From: Octopus vulgaris
Lineage: Eukaryota
Direction: 5' to 3'
Assembly (NCBI GenBank): GCA_951406725.2
Contig: OX597820.1
Span: forward strand, 102,362,001-102,426,000
Length of the DNA: 64,000 nucleotides
Both the position numbers and the translations under genes were made by a program. The notes below the pieces were generated by a model that was not told the origin of the DNA, did not search any database, and saw only the letters and a list, made by a program, of their open reading frames with translations. Numbering within the stretch: position 1 is the first letter of the stretch; each line of letters starts with the position of its first letter. This document shows, piece by piece, positions 38,447 through 50,455 of this stretch.

Positions 38447-38447
<1 letters not shown>
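35800..38447 (+). mobile_element. CR1-clade LINE, degenerate ORF2 (APE endonuclease + RT), 3'-truncated
   Basis: ILTETHL, RADR, IVGLYRPP, MSDFNL..INW, SDHDMI; NQHGFR, DFSKAFDRVDH, SGVPQGTVLG, IFADDTKL; multiple frameshifts. Confidence 0.9.
37270..38229 (+). pseudogene. CR1-type reverse transcriptase domain
   Basis: 319-aa open stretch with RT motifs through FADDTKL, then truncated. Confidence 0.9.
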
Positions 38448-38479
<32 letters not shown>

Positions 38480-38915
38480 CCCGTTTTACTATTGGCACGA
38501 AGCCTGAAAGGAGCCAGTCGATTACATCGTGCCCAGTCCTCAACTGCTACTTACTTTTTTCGATCCCGAAAGGATGAAAGGCAAAATCGACCACGGCAGA
38601 ATTCGGAATCAGACTCGGACGAAATTCGGCGGAATTTGAACTCAGATCGTAAAGACAGATGAAGCATCAGCAAGCATTTCGCCCGGCGTGCTAACGTTTC
38701 TGCCAGCTCGCCAACTTTCTTTAGTAGAAATATTGTTTTCTACTCTAGGCACATGGCCCGAAATTTTCGGGGAGGAGGCCAATCGATTAGGTCAACTCCT
38801 GTACACAACTGGTACTCTATTTATCGACCCCGAAAGGATGAAAGAACGTAAAGACAAACGAAATACTGTTATGTATTTCACCCGGTCTGCTAACGTTTCT
38901 GCCAGCTCGCCGCCT
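38480..38915 (-). mobile_element. Two tandem SINE family B copies
   Basis: gctaacgtttctgccagctcgcc at about 38690 and 38889. Confidence 0.8.
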
Positions 38916-39244
38916 TTCTTTAGTAGAAATATTGTCAGTATAATTTAATATCAGGACATCTTTAAGCCTTTACGGAAGTATAAACACATAAATTATGTAT
39001 TTTATTATGGTAATTTAATCTAATTTAATTTCATTTATTTTTTCTATTGTATTTCCTTTAAAGTATTAAATTTAAATTTATTTTAATGTTACTTTCACTT
39101 GCACTTTATTTGTTTCTAACACTTGGAATTTCATTAATTGTTTAATATAATGATGTCTATGTTTATTTCAAACACGCTGCTGCAAATTAGAACGTGTGTT
39201 TGTATTAAATTAACTAATTAATTATTGTTTAATCATTTTATTTT

Positions 39245-39480
39245 TTTTCTCTTACTAGTTTAAGTCTTTGGACTGTGGCCATGCTGGGGTACTACCTCGA
39301 AGGATTTAGTCGAGCAAACCCACCCATGGTATTTATTTTTAAAGCCTGTTACTTATTCGATGGTTTTCTTTTGCTGAACCGGTAGCTAACGAGGACATGA
39401 ACGAACCAACACGGGTTGACAAGCGGTGCTGGTGGGAGCCCAAACACAGTCAAAGATACACCCATTCCTCATAAGCATTA

Positions 39481-39522
<42 letters not shown>

Positions 39523-39672
39523 GACAGGCTTCTTTCAGTTTCTGTTTTCCAAATCCACTTACAAGGCTTTTTCGGCCTGGGGCTATATTAGAAAACACCC
39601 AAAGTGCTGCGCAGCGGGACTGAACTCAAGATCACATGGTTGGAATACAAGCTTCTTACCACATAGCCACAT
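39245..39672 (-). mobile_element. SINE family A
   Basis: Diverged reverse complement with internal (TA)n. Confidence 0.82.
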
Positions 39673-39696
39673 GGTTTAATATTTATAGAATTTTTA

Positions 39697-40095
39697 AGGC
39701 GGCAAGCTGGCAGAAACGTTAGCACGCCGGGTGAAATACTTAGCGGTATTTCGTCTGCCGCTACGTTCTGTGTTCAAATTCTACCGAGGTCAACTTTGCC
39801 TTTCAGTCTTTCGGGGTCGATAAATTCAGTACCAGTTACGCACTGGGGTCGATGTAATCGACTTAATACCTATGTCTCTCCTTGTTTGTCCCCTCTATGT
39901 TTAGCCCCTTGTGGGTAATAAAGAAATAGGTATTTCGTCTGCCGCTACGTTCTGTGTTCAAATTATACCGAGGTCAACTTTGCCTTTCATCCTTTCGGGT
40001 TCGATAAATTAAGTACCAGTTGTGTACTGAGGTCGGTCTAATCGACTGGCCTCTTCCCACTAAATTTCGGTCATTGTGCCTAGAGTAGAAAAGAA
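39697..40095 (+). mobile_element. SINE family B, dimeric
   Basis: gtatttcgtctgccgctacgttctg at about 39746 and 39930. Confidence 0.9.
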
Positions 40096-40359
40096 TATTT
40101 ATGGAATTAAAAAAAAAGTAAACAAAGCCTTATAAAATTGTTTCTTAAAGCATAAATGAATTTTTTCGCCAAAAATGATTTCTCCGAGTAATTAATAAAT
40201 ATTTACTTTGCAGAATATAATGATTCCATTCTTTCGTTCACAGCAATTGTTTTCTCACTTCTATTGTTATCTACAGCAGCTTAATTTGATTGCTTTTCTC
40301 TCGCTTTAAACATCTGCTTTACGTTTCTCTACATCTATATTCACCGGCGACACATATAC

Positions 40360-40730
40360 GTTCTTTTACTCTTTTACTTGTTTCAGTCATTTGATTGCAG
40401 CCATACTGGAACACCGCTTTAAGATGGGTTTTAGCCGAAGAAATCGACCACAAGACTTATTCTTTGTAAGCCTAGTACTTATTCTATCGGTCAAATTTGC
40501 TGAACCGCTACGTTATGGGGACATAAACTCACCAACATCGATGGTGGAGGTACAGACACACAAAAAAAACACACACACGGGCTACTTTCAGTTTCCGTTT
40601 ACCAAATCCACTCACAAGGCTTTGGTCGACCCGAGGCTGTAGCAGAAGACACTTGCCCAAGGTATCACGCAATGGAACTGAACCGGGAACCATGTGGTTC
40701 GGAAGCAAGCTTCTTGCCACGCCTGCCCCT
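40360..40730 (-). mobile_element. SINE family A
   Basis: Reverse complement of family A. Confidence 0.88.
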
Positions 40731-40918
40731 ATATACACAGACATCTATATATCTATTTTATCTTTTTTTTCTGGTCTCATTTTCATCTGTTTCGCTAACT
40801 ATATATCTTTAGCATTTTGTCTATCTTCTAGACTGATTTATATAACTTGACTTTAGTTTAAATTTTATTTATATCATCATCATCGTCGTCGTTGTTGTTA
40901 TTGTTATTATTATTGTTG

Positions 40919-40994
<76 letters not shown>

Positions 40995-41024
40995 GATGAT
41001 GATGATGATGATGAAGGCGGTAAC

Positions 41025-41230
41025 AAGGCGGTGAACCGGCAGAATTGTTAGCATGCCAAGCAAAAGGCTTAATGGCATTTCGTACACAGTTCAAATTCCA
41101 CCGAGGTCGACTTTGCCATTCATCCTTTCAGGGTCGATAAAATAAGTACCACTTGTGCACTGGGGTCGATTTAATCGACTAGCGCCCTCCACCGAAATTG
41201 CTGGCCTTGTGCCAAAATTTGAAACCATTA
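41025..41230 (+). mobile_element. SINE family B following a (TTA)/(GAT) microsatellite
   Basis: Family B motifs. Confidence 0.85.
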
Positions 41231-42979
41231 TTAAGGAGACGACCCGGATGAATCGTTATCACGCCGGATAAAATGCTCAGCGGAATTTCTTTCGGATTTA
41301 CGTTCTGAGTAAATAGACACACAAACATAGACACACAAACACACACATAATTTATAAACGACGAGCTTCTTTCAGTTTCCGTCTACCAAATCCACTCACA
41401 AGGCTTTGGTCGACCCAAGGATATAGTAGAAGACACTTACCCAAGGTGCCACGCAGTGGGATTGAACCCGGAACCATGGCTAATGTATTTATACTTCTGT
41501 AAATGTTTCAAAATTTCAGGAAACTGATTTTGCAGCCAATGTTTTCACTATATTTTCCGTCATCATAAATTAATATATTTATGAAAATCTGACAGTAATT
41601 CCTTGACGTACTTCTAACAAAATTCAACTAACCACATACTTCAACCTTTCTCTCACTTAATATCTTTCTCTATTTCAACTATACCTTTCTACTTATTCGT
41701 TTTCCCGCTGTTTTCCTACTTCTTTTCATACATTTCAATTAATTAGAGTTTTCCTCTGCTTCTTTTCCCTGCATCTCAATCCCCCTAGTTCGTTCAATAT
41801 TTAGCGAGGGAAAACTCTACGTTAAAATCATCTTTCTTCTTAACCATTTCTATCTCAATTGACACCTTTCTCTCCTCTTTCTCTCTCTCTCTCTCTCCTT
41901 ATTTTTGAAACTTTTCTAGATACACAACATACAGGAACGTAACTGAATACCCCAAACCATTTGGTCTGGCGTTCCAAAGATTCTTTCAACTCACTGCCTT
42001 GTTAAAGCAATAACATCGGTTCATTCGTAGTACAGAAAATATGTCCTTCTCTTTCAGAATTATGAAGAAAGCATTGCAAGTTAGAAACTATCTCAGCCAA
42101 CAGTTTCTGTTAAATAATAAAGAAAAATCAATGCAACAGTAAAAAAGAACAGCAAGGAAACAAAGAAGCGATGTTCAAATCAATGGAAAACTTTTCTGAA
42201 GCTTTATGTGATGCTTTGCGATTTGTTATTATCGTAGCATCATATAAAGTGTGAAATGGAAATACGGTAACGCATGAATGTTTTCGGTTTAGGCATAAGA
42301 CTAACAACTTATAGGACAGGGAATTAACCGATACTATCGACCCCAGAACAAAACTAGCACTTTATTTGACCCCGCCATCACTTCCCCGAAAGGGATGAAA
42401 GGCAAAATTGACCTCACCGGAATTTGAACTCTGGATATGAAAAGTAAGCGCAAAGCTCTAATGATTCTGAGCGCTCTAGTGATTCTGCTAACTCGCTGCA
42501 TTACGGCAACGTATAATATAAATATTTGTATGTATTCTTTGCAGACGTTCAAAAGATTGTATATTTATATATTTTAGATTCCTTGAGCATCACTTAAAGA
42601 CTTCATTGAATTGTGGTACTTCTTTGAACTTTTCTGAGTGTATGGCTGGCAAGTGTAGCTTGTCCCCATTGTTCTTTAGGCTATACCAATGGATGTATCA
42701 TATGCTAACAAGATACTAGTCAAGTTAATGTCGAAAGTTTTTTTTTAAAGCATTCGATCGTTACAAGGTCCTTAGACCACTGACAACGTAAGAGTTACTA
42801 GAATAAAATGGACGCTAGACAGAAGTCAATAGGTGACGGTGTACATTAGACTTGAAAGACTGGGAGCAATATTGAAGAGGAAAACAAGACTGTAGAAGGG
42901 GATTCCAAAGTTCAGAGGTGCGTATAAAAAAGAGCATTTTAAAAATGTATGGCTAATATTATTTTATTCATTTTCTAAA

Positions 42980-43150
42980 TAAGGGAAACAAATCCAGGTA
43001 GACATTTTTCGGTCATAAGACCTCCTCAGCGGAGGCTGTAACATTCTAACATTATTGAAGGTTTTTCAAGTAAGGGAAGCAACTCTAGATAGACATTTTT
43101 CGGTCTTATAAGGCCTCCTCAGCAAAGGCTTCAATGTTTTAACGTAATTG
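42980..43150 (-). ncRNA. Two tandem ~91-bp units, each with a minimal hammerhead core
   Basis: Minus: CTGAGGA-GGTC-TTAT-GACC-GAAA-AAT-GTC and CTGAGGA-GGCCTTATAAGACC-GAAA-AAT-GTC; stem I pairing poor. Confidence 0.5.
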
Positions 43151-43419
43151 CTGAAAACGTGAGAAATGCATCATCAAGTAGGTGTACATTCAATGCGTAA
43201 TTATTTTTAATTCACTTTTATTACATTAAATATATTAACACTCACTTAACTATTCTTTTTCTTGTGGATGACGTCCCTGGCCCATTTCTCTCAGTGATTT
43301 ATTTCTTTTTAAATATATTAGTGATTATTCTCATTACTAATTCAGCAAGAAACTGGAAGGTACTAGTGGATATCATCGACTTCTACTACTTGACTGTAAC
43401 TTTATTTTACCTTTTTTTA

Positions 43420-43970
43420 GCTTTATTTTCTTTTACTTGTTTCAGTTATTAGACTTCGGCCATGCTGGGGCACAGCCTTGAAGAATTTTCATCGAACGAA
43501 TCGAGCCCAGTACTTATGTTTTGTAAAGCCTAGTATTTATTCTGTTGATCTCTTTTGCCGAACCGCTAAGTAACGGTGACATAAACACACCAGCACCTGT
43601 TGTCAAGCGATAGCGAGGAACAAACACCGATAAAAAGACGCGCGTGCACACACACACATGCACACACACACACACATGCACGCACACACACGCATGCACG
43701 CACACACACGCATGCACGCACACACACGCATGCACGCACACACATGCACGCGCACACACACATGCACACACACACACACATGCACGCACACACACGCATG
43801 CACGCACACATACGACGGACTTCTTTTAGTTTCCATCTACCAAATCTACTGACAAGGTTTTGGTCGACCCGAGACTATAGTAGAAGACACTTGCCCAAGG
43901 TACCACGTAGTGGAAATGAACCCAGGACCATGTGATTAAGAAGCAAACCTCTTACCACACCGCCACGCCC
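43420..43970 (-). mobile_element. SINE family A with expanded internal (CA/GCAT) minisatellite
   Basis: Tail 43420-43630; 18-bp unit cacacacacgcatgcacg at 43645-43810; head 43812-43970. Confidence 0.88.
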
Positions 43971-44079
43971 AGACAAAGTTAATTTCAGATGGATTGGGAC
44001 TCAGGAAGTAAAGAGTTGTGGGAAATACCGCAAGGCATCTTAGCAAACGTTCTGCCAATCCCTTTCTCTGAATAATTTC

Positions 44080-44540
44080 TTCCATTGGCAGAAGGCCACA
44101 AATTTGGGGGAAAGTCAGTTATACAAACCCCAGTACATCAGGGAGAAAGAAGGCAAAGTTAATTATGGCAGAACTTGACTTCAGAACGTAAATAAGTGGG
44201 GAAAATATAGCTGTCATTTTGTCCAATGCTCTATCCCCTAAATCCCTTTTATTATAGGTCTAAGGCCTGGAATTTGATGGGTAGGAGACTGGTCGATTAT
44301 ATCGACTCCAATTCCCGACTGGTACTTAATTTATCGTCCCCCGAAAGGTTGTAAGGCGAAATCGACATCGGCGGAATAATCCTAAAGATAATATTTTCTC
44401 ATATAGGCACAAGGCTTGAAATTCGAGGCAGTGGGATAGTCGATTACTTCGACGCCTCTATTTCTCTGGTATTTCATTTTATCGAGCCCTGAAAGGACGA
44501 GAGGCAAAATCGACCTCGGAGCAATTTGAACTCAGTACGT
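44080..44540 (-). mobile_element. Cluster of degenerate SINE family B fragments
   Basis: Repeated ggcaaagt/aaatcgac..cgg and gtcgattatatcgac motifs. Confidence 0.7.
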
Positions 44541-44546
44541 ACCCTA

Positions 44547-44970
44547 CAGGAGTGGCTGTGTGGTAAGTAGCTTGCTAACCAACCACATGGTTCCGGGTTC
44601 AGTCCCACTGCGTGGCATCTTGGGCAAGTGTCTTCTGCTATAGCCCCGGGCCGACCAATGCCTTGTGAGTGGATTTGGTAGACGGAAACTGAAAGAAGCC
44701 TGTCGTATATATGTATATATATATAAGTGTGTGTGTATATGTTTGTGTGTCTGTGTTTGTCCCCCCAGTATTGCTTGACAACCGATGCTGGTGTGTTTAC
44801 GTCCCCGTCACTTAGCGGTTCGGCAAAAGAGACCGATAGAATAAGTACTGGGCTTACAAAAAAAAGAATAAGTCCCGGGGTCGATTTGCTCGACTAAAGG
44901 CGGTGCTCCAGCATGGCCGCAGTCAAATGACTGAAACAAGTAAAAGAGTAAAAGAGTAAAAGAGTAAAGA
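44547..44970 (+). mobile_element. SINE family A, full length, young
   Basis: Near-identical to 7461-7866. Confidence 0.93.
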
Positions 44971-45356
44971 GCATTGAGCCCATTGTTATCCAAACAGCTT
45001 GCTAACGAATGAACTCCAGAATATTCGATCACCATCCAGCTTAGGACAATAATGGCTGCAATAACTTGCTGCGAAAATCAGAAATTCATCGATTCATTAA
45101 CCGATGTCCTCATTAAGAGGATTGTATATCACTTAGCAGAAATATGTTATATATGCCAAAGTCGTGAACATACCATATATTTTCTTATGTTCGCATATGT
45201 TCTGTCAATGAACAACGTAATAAATTGTGACCAGATTTTCCTGTATCATTGCGAAAGAATATTGATTTTTTCCTGATTGAATGGGTAACATTGCATTAGA
45301 TTTCCTTATTTGTTATATCAAATAATTTTTTTGTTTTCTTCTCGTGATGAAAAATG

Positions 45357-45428
<72 letters not shown>

Positions 45429-45481
45429 ATATCTGATATATATTGATATGTAATTACATGTTGCAATATCTGGGAACATAT

Positions 45482-45579
<98 letters not shown>

Positions 45580-45655
45580 ATATGTATAGATATACATATA
45601 TACATATATATATAAACATGTATATATGTATATACATATACATATTCATACATAT

Positions 45656-45704
<49 letters not shown>

Positions 45705-45705
45705 C
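45357..45705. repeat. (TCTA)n and (TA)n/(CA)n microsatellite cluster
   Basis: Direct inspection. Confidence 0.95.
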
Positions 45706-46231
45706 ACGACTATATCATAATATATCATGATAATAATATATATTCTCCGATTTAAAGCGACGTTTTTAATATATAAACAAGTGACTGAAAAATGATGAGC
45801 TAAAGCCAGCCAGAATCGAACTCCCGTATCAACGCTTACACGGCCCCATGCTTATCCGATTCTGGCTGGGGTTAGCTCATCATACTTCAAAGGATAAAAA
45901 CAATGTAAGTTATACATAGCTGAAAGAACTCAACTACACCGCTGAACGTTGCTGATATACCCTCCAACTTTTATCAGCTTATTATTATTATTATTATCAT
46001 ATGATTGAACGCCACGCATCTTCCAAGTAAGTTTTATCTATCTATCTAACTATCTATCTATGTATATGACAGGAGTCTTCCATTTTCCGCGAACCGAATC
46101 CACTCGTAAGGCTTTGGTCAGCTAGTCATTATAGGTGATACTTGGTCAAGATGCCACACAGTCGGACTGAACCTGCAATCATATAGCAGAGGATCAAACT
46201 TCTTTCCAGGCATCCACGCCGCTGCCTATGC

Positions 46232-46256
<25 letters not shown>

Positions 46257-46263
<7 letters not shown>

Positions 46264-46557
46264 ATTACCCGACCGACCAGGCTATCAGATGTTGCTACAC
46301 ATGCTGGTCACAATGCGCTTCGCATTGTTTTAGCCTTCAAATGACGCCACCCCGCTGGCTAAGCGAGCAGGCCAACAGATGAAAGAGTGAGAGAAAGTTG
46401 CGGCGAAAGGGTACAGCAGGGGTCGCCCCCCCTGCCGGAGCCTCGTGGAGCTTTAGGTGTTTTCGCTCAATAAACACTCACAACGTCCGATCTGGGAATC
46501 GAAACCGCGATCCTACGACCGCGAGACCGCTGCCCTAACCACTGGGCCATTGCGCCT

Positions 46558-46560
<3 letters not shown>
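46257..46560 (-). mobile_element. tRNA-derived SINE family C
   Basis: Minus head tggcccagtggttagggcagcgg...ggtttcgattccc; matches 60318-60628. Confidence 0.92.
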
Positions 46561-46607
<47 letters not shown>

Positions 46608-47223
46608 CCATGTATATGTGTGATTGCGTGTTTATGTATACATACATACATACACACCTGTATAAACATAAGCAGAATAAATATAGGAAGTTAGGAAATA
46701 GACAGGTAATTGTGTTGTAGACACCATAAAACATAAATGATTAAGTAAAATAAATATATGAAACAAACTGAATATATGAATTAATTTGTTATAATCGATA
46801 TCTTAAGTTCATGGTTTTGTTATACAATTGTTTTCATACCCAGAAGAGGATTTCAGAGTTAATTGGGAGTAGACACAAGAAATATAACTGAATAACATAA
46901 TTTAACGACGGTGAAAATATATGACGGCGGCGTTCACAGCTCCTGATTCTTCTGTAATTTTAATTTTTATCTTTTACTCGTTTCAGTCGTTAGGCTGTGT
47001 CCATGTTGGGGCACCGCCTTGAAGGGTTTTCAGCCGAACAAATCGATCCCAGGACTTAATTTTTGAAAATGTACTGCTTTTTCTATCGGTGTCTTTTGCC
47101 GAACTTCTAAGTTACTGGTACGAAAAAAACACACCAACACCGGTGGTCAAGCGGTTGTAGGGGACAAACACAAACACAAAGGCACACACATACATACATA
47201 CATACATACATACATACATACAT

Positions 47224-47318
<95 letters not shown>

Positions 47319-47331
47319 CGAACACACACAT

Positions 47332-47762
47332 ATAGTAATGTTTATATGCTAACAACGTGGCAGTCCTGTAAAAGACATGTTACTGTTGCTTCAGCCCCAG
47401 GAGAACATTTCTTCTACCTGGCTAACGACGCAGTCTGTGATCGTATATAGCATTTGCAAGAGTGGATGGGTGTTTGTCATCGCTTCCATCTTTAGCCTTA
47501 CGTGATACTAACAGACTTAGGTTTCTAGATGTTATCCGTCTTCAGTGTGAGACCATCACCAGCTAGTGACGAAAACTATCTCCACTCGCAAATACTATAT
47601 ATTCTTTAAGCGATGCACTGTCGTTGATATCGTATCGAGAAAAAGAATATGTTTTAAATCTCTGGGCGAGAGAAATACAGCAATAGTATCGGATAGCAAT
47701 GTTTATATGCCAACATGACGTGGCAGTTCTGTAAAGGACGATGTTACAGTTGTTTTAGCCCC
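47332..47762 (-). mobile_element. Retrozyme-like element: 361-bp unit plus ~70-bp terminal redundancy, one hammerhead
   Basis: Direct repeats 47332-47398 and 47693-47762; internal complementarity 47446-47467 with 47579-47599; no ORF. Confidence 0.65.
47508..47551 (-). ncRNA. Type I hammerhead ribozyme with canonical core
   Basis: Minus: CTCACA-CTGAAGA-CGGAT-AAC-ATCTA-GAAA-C-CTAA-G-TC-TGTTAG; stem I 5/6 paired; GUC site. Confidence 0.75.
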
Positions 47763-47779
47763 CTCCATATATATATATG

Positions 47780-47815
<36 letters not shown>

Positions 47816-48299
47816 TAAATTAGAGATAAATAAATATAAAAATATAAAAATATAGAAAAATAAAAAATAAAAAACATAAATTAAATAATTAAATAATAAA
47901 AAAATAAATAATATAATATAATAATAATAATATATATATATTTATAATTTATAAGTTTAAATTATTAATTTAAATCATTTAAAAAAATTTTAACTTTAAT
48001 TTAAATATTTTAATTGGATTTTTATATTTTATATTTTATATTTTTTATATATTTTTTAACTAATTTTATTTCTATGTATTGGCTTATGATTTTCACTGTT
48101 TAATTTGCCTAATAGTGGTTTTTATCTCTAATTTAATATAATATATATTTATACTATAAAATTAGATTTAATCCTAAATCTAATTTTTCCCGAGTTTGTA
48201 AGTTTGGATTTACTTTAATACCTCTAAATAAAATCTCTTTTTCTTAATTAGAAATCTAAAATTTCTTATTTATGCAAATATTGTAATATTATTATCAAT

Positions 48300-48558
<259 letters not shown>

Positions 48559-49171
48559 CGGTTTCTTTCAGTTTCCATCTGCAAAACCCATTCGCAAAGC
48601 TTTGGTTGGCCCGAGGTTACAGTAGAAAATACCTATGTTTGTATGTATATTCAGTGAATTATGTTTGTATACAGATGCCTCACGCTTTATAGGAATTCTG
48701 GTTACGGAATTCTGCATTTACGGAAATTGTAAAGTTGGATCAAATTGCAGAATTTCGCACCAATAGAAATTGTAAGATTAGATCACTAATTTTAAGATAC
48801 GGTCTGTGATTCCAATCTTTGCCGAAATTTGAAGAAATTTAAGAATTATAAATACGAGCCACATATATAGACGTATAAAATTTAATAATTTCTTTTTAGA
48901 GATGATACATATTTATAGTAACATTCCGTCTACCAAAATAATTCTTTAAACTTGTTTTTCCTCCCACGGCTCGTTCTTTTTCTATCTCAGTGCTCTGAAC
49001 ATTCTCGCTTGCACCTAAAAACACAAATATCCTCATCTTTCATCTTTCTCCACACCTTGGTTTTAATTGCTCTTAATAATCTTCTACAAAATTACCCTCT
49101 CTCCTTTCATACCCACTTTGCTTGTGCATTTACCATTTCCATTGACCTTGTGTTTCCTTATACGCAGCATT

Positions 49172-49755
49172 AAAGCGGCGAGCTAGCAGAAACGTTAGCA
49201 CGCCGGACGAAATGCGTAGCCGTATTTCGTCTGCCGTTGTGTTCTGAGTTCAAACTCCGCCGAAGTCGACTTTACCTTTCATCCTTTCGGGGTCGATAAA
49301 TTAAGTACCAGTTAAGCACTGGGGTCGATATAATCGACTTAATACCTATGTCTATCCATGTTTGTCCTCTCTATGTTTAGCCCCTTGTGGGTAATAAAGA
49401 AATAGGTATTTCGTCTGCCGTTATGTTCTGAGTTCAAATTCCGCCGAAGTCGACTTTACCTTTCATCCTTTCGGGGTCGATAAATTAAGTACCAGTTAAG
49501 CACTGGGGTCGATATAATCGACTTAATACCTATGTCTATCCATATTTGTCCTCCCTGTGTGTAGCCCCTTGTGGGTAGTAAAGAAATAGGTATTTCGTCT
49601 GCCGCTACGTTCTGAGTTCGAATTCCACCGGGATTGACTTTGCCTTTCATCCTTTCAGGGTCGATTAAATAAGTACCAGTTATGCACTGGGGTCGATGAA
49701 ATCGACTTCCCTCTCCCCTAAATTTCAGGCCTTGTGCCGTTAGTAGAAATGATTA
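49172..49755 (+). mobile_element. SINE family B, trimeric
   Basis: gtatttcgtctgccg at about 49222, 49406 and 49590 (period ~184 bp). Confidence 0.92.
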
Positions 49756-49916
49756 TACTCAGCATTCTCGTCTGTGTTTCGTCTGATAGGACACACTTTC
49801 TACCTTTCAATACCATCCCTCCATCCTTTTCACCTTATTATTTATAGAAACAGTACATCATTAATTTCCTAGGATTCTACCATTTTACTATTTGGTGTGA
49901 TTTTCTTGCCTATTAC

Positions 49917-50235
49917 AGTGGTTAGAGCGTCGAGCTTACGATCGTGAGGTTGTGAGCTCGAATCCCGGACCGGGCTGCGTGTTGTGTTCTTGAGCAAGGC
50001 ACTTTATTTCACGTTGCACCAGTTCACTCAGCTGTAGAAATGAGTTGCGACGTCACAGGTGCCAAGCTGTATCGACCTTTGTCTTTCCCTTGGATAACAC
50101 TGGTGGCGTGGAGAGGGGAGGCTGGTATGCATGGGCGACTGCTGGCCTTCCATAAACAACCTTGCCCGGACTTGTGTCTAGGAGGGTAACTTTCTAGGTG
50201 CAATCCCATGGTCATTCATGACCGAAGGGGGGCTT
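49917..50235 (+). mobile_element. CORE-SINE family D
   Basis: tRNA-like head, then tgtgttcttgagcaaggcactttatttcacgttgcaccagttcactcagctgtagaaatg, similar to the MIR CORE domain. Confidence 0.9.
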
Positions 50236-50417
50236 TACCCTTACCGTCACTGTAGGATTCGGTACGTCAAGCGTACAACACAGCACATTACTCTTATTCA
50301 CGATGACTGAAAGGAGACCATTAAATGGAAGCGAAGGCATTAGTGTCAAAAGAAGACCTAAAGGGATATAGGTAATTCCTTCAGGACTATTTCCTCTCTA
50401 CTTCTTTAAACCCATAG

Positions 50418-50455
50418 CCGTGTGTCTCGTAAGATGAAATCAGTATTATTTCATG
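50418..50455 (+). CDS. Candidate 38-nt exon, unidentified gene
   Basis: Acceptor ttcctctctacttctttaaacccatAG, donor ATG|GTAAGT; open frame RVSRKMKSVLFH. Confidence 0.25.

Noticed and set aside
46480-46560. tRNA gene at SINE heads (also 4905, 49917, 60550)
   Set aside because: A/B boxes are present but there is no acceptor stem, and each continues into a SINE body
47808-48290. Extremely AT-rich stretch resembling a mitochondrial insertion
   Set aside because: No mitochondrial gene recognisable; the inverted repeat and TA flanks fit a repeat remnant or low-quality sequence
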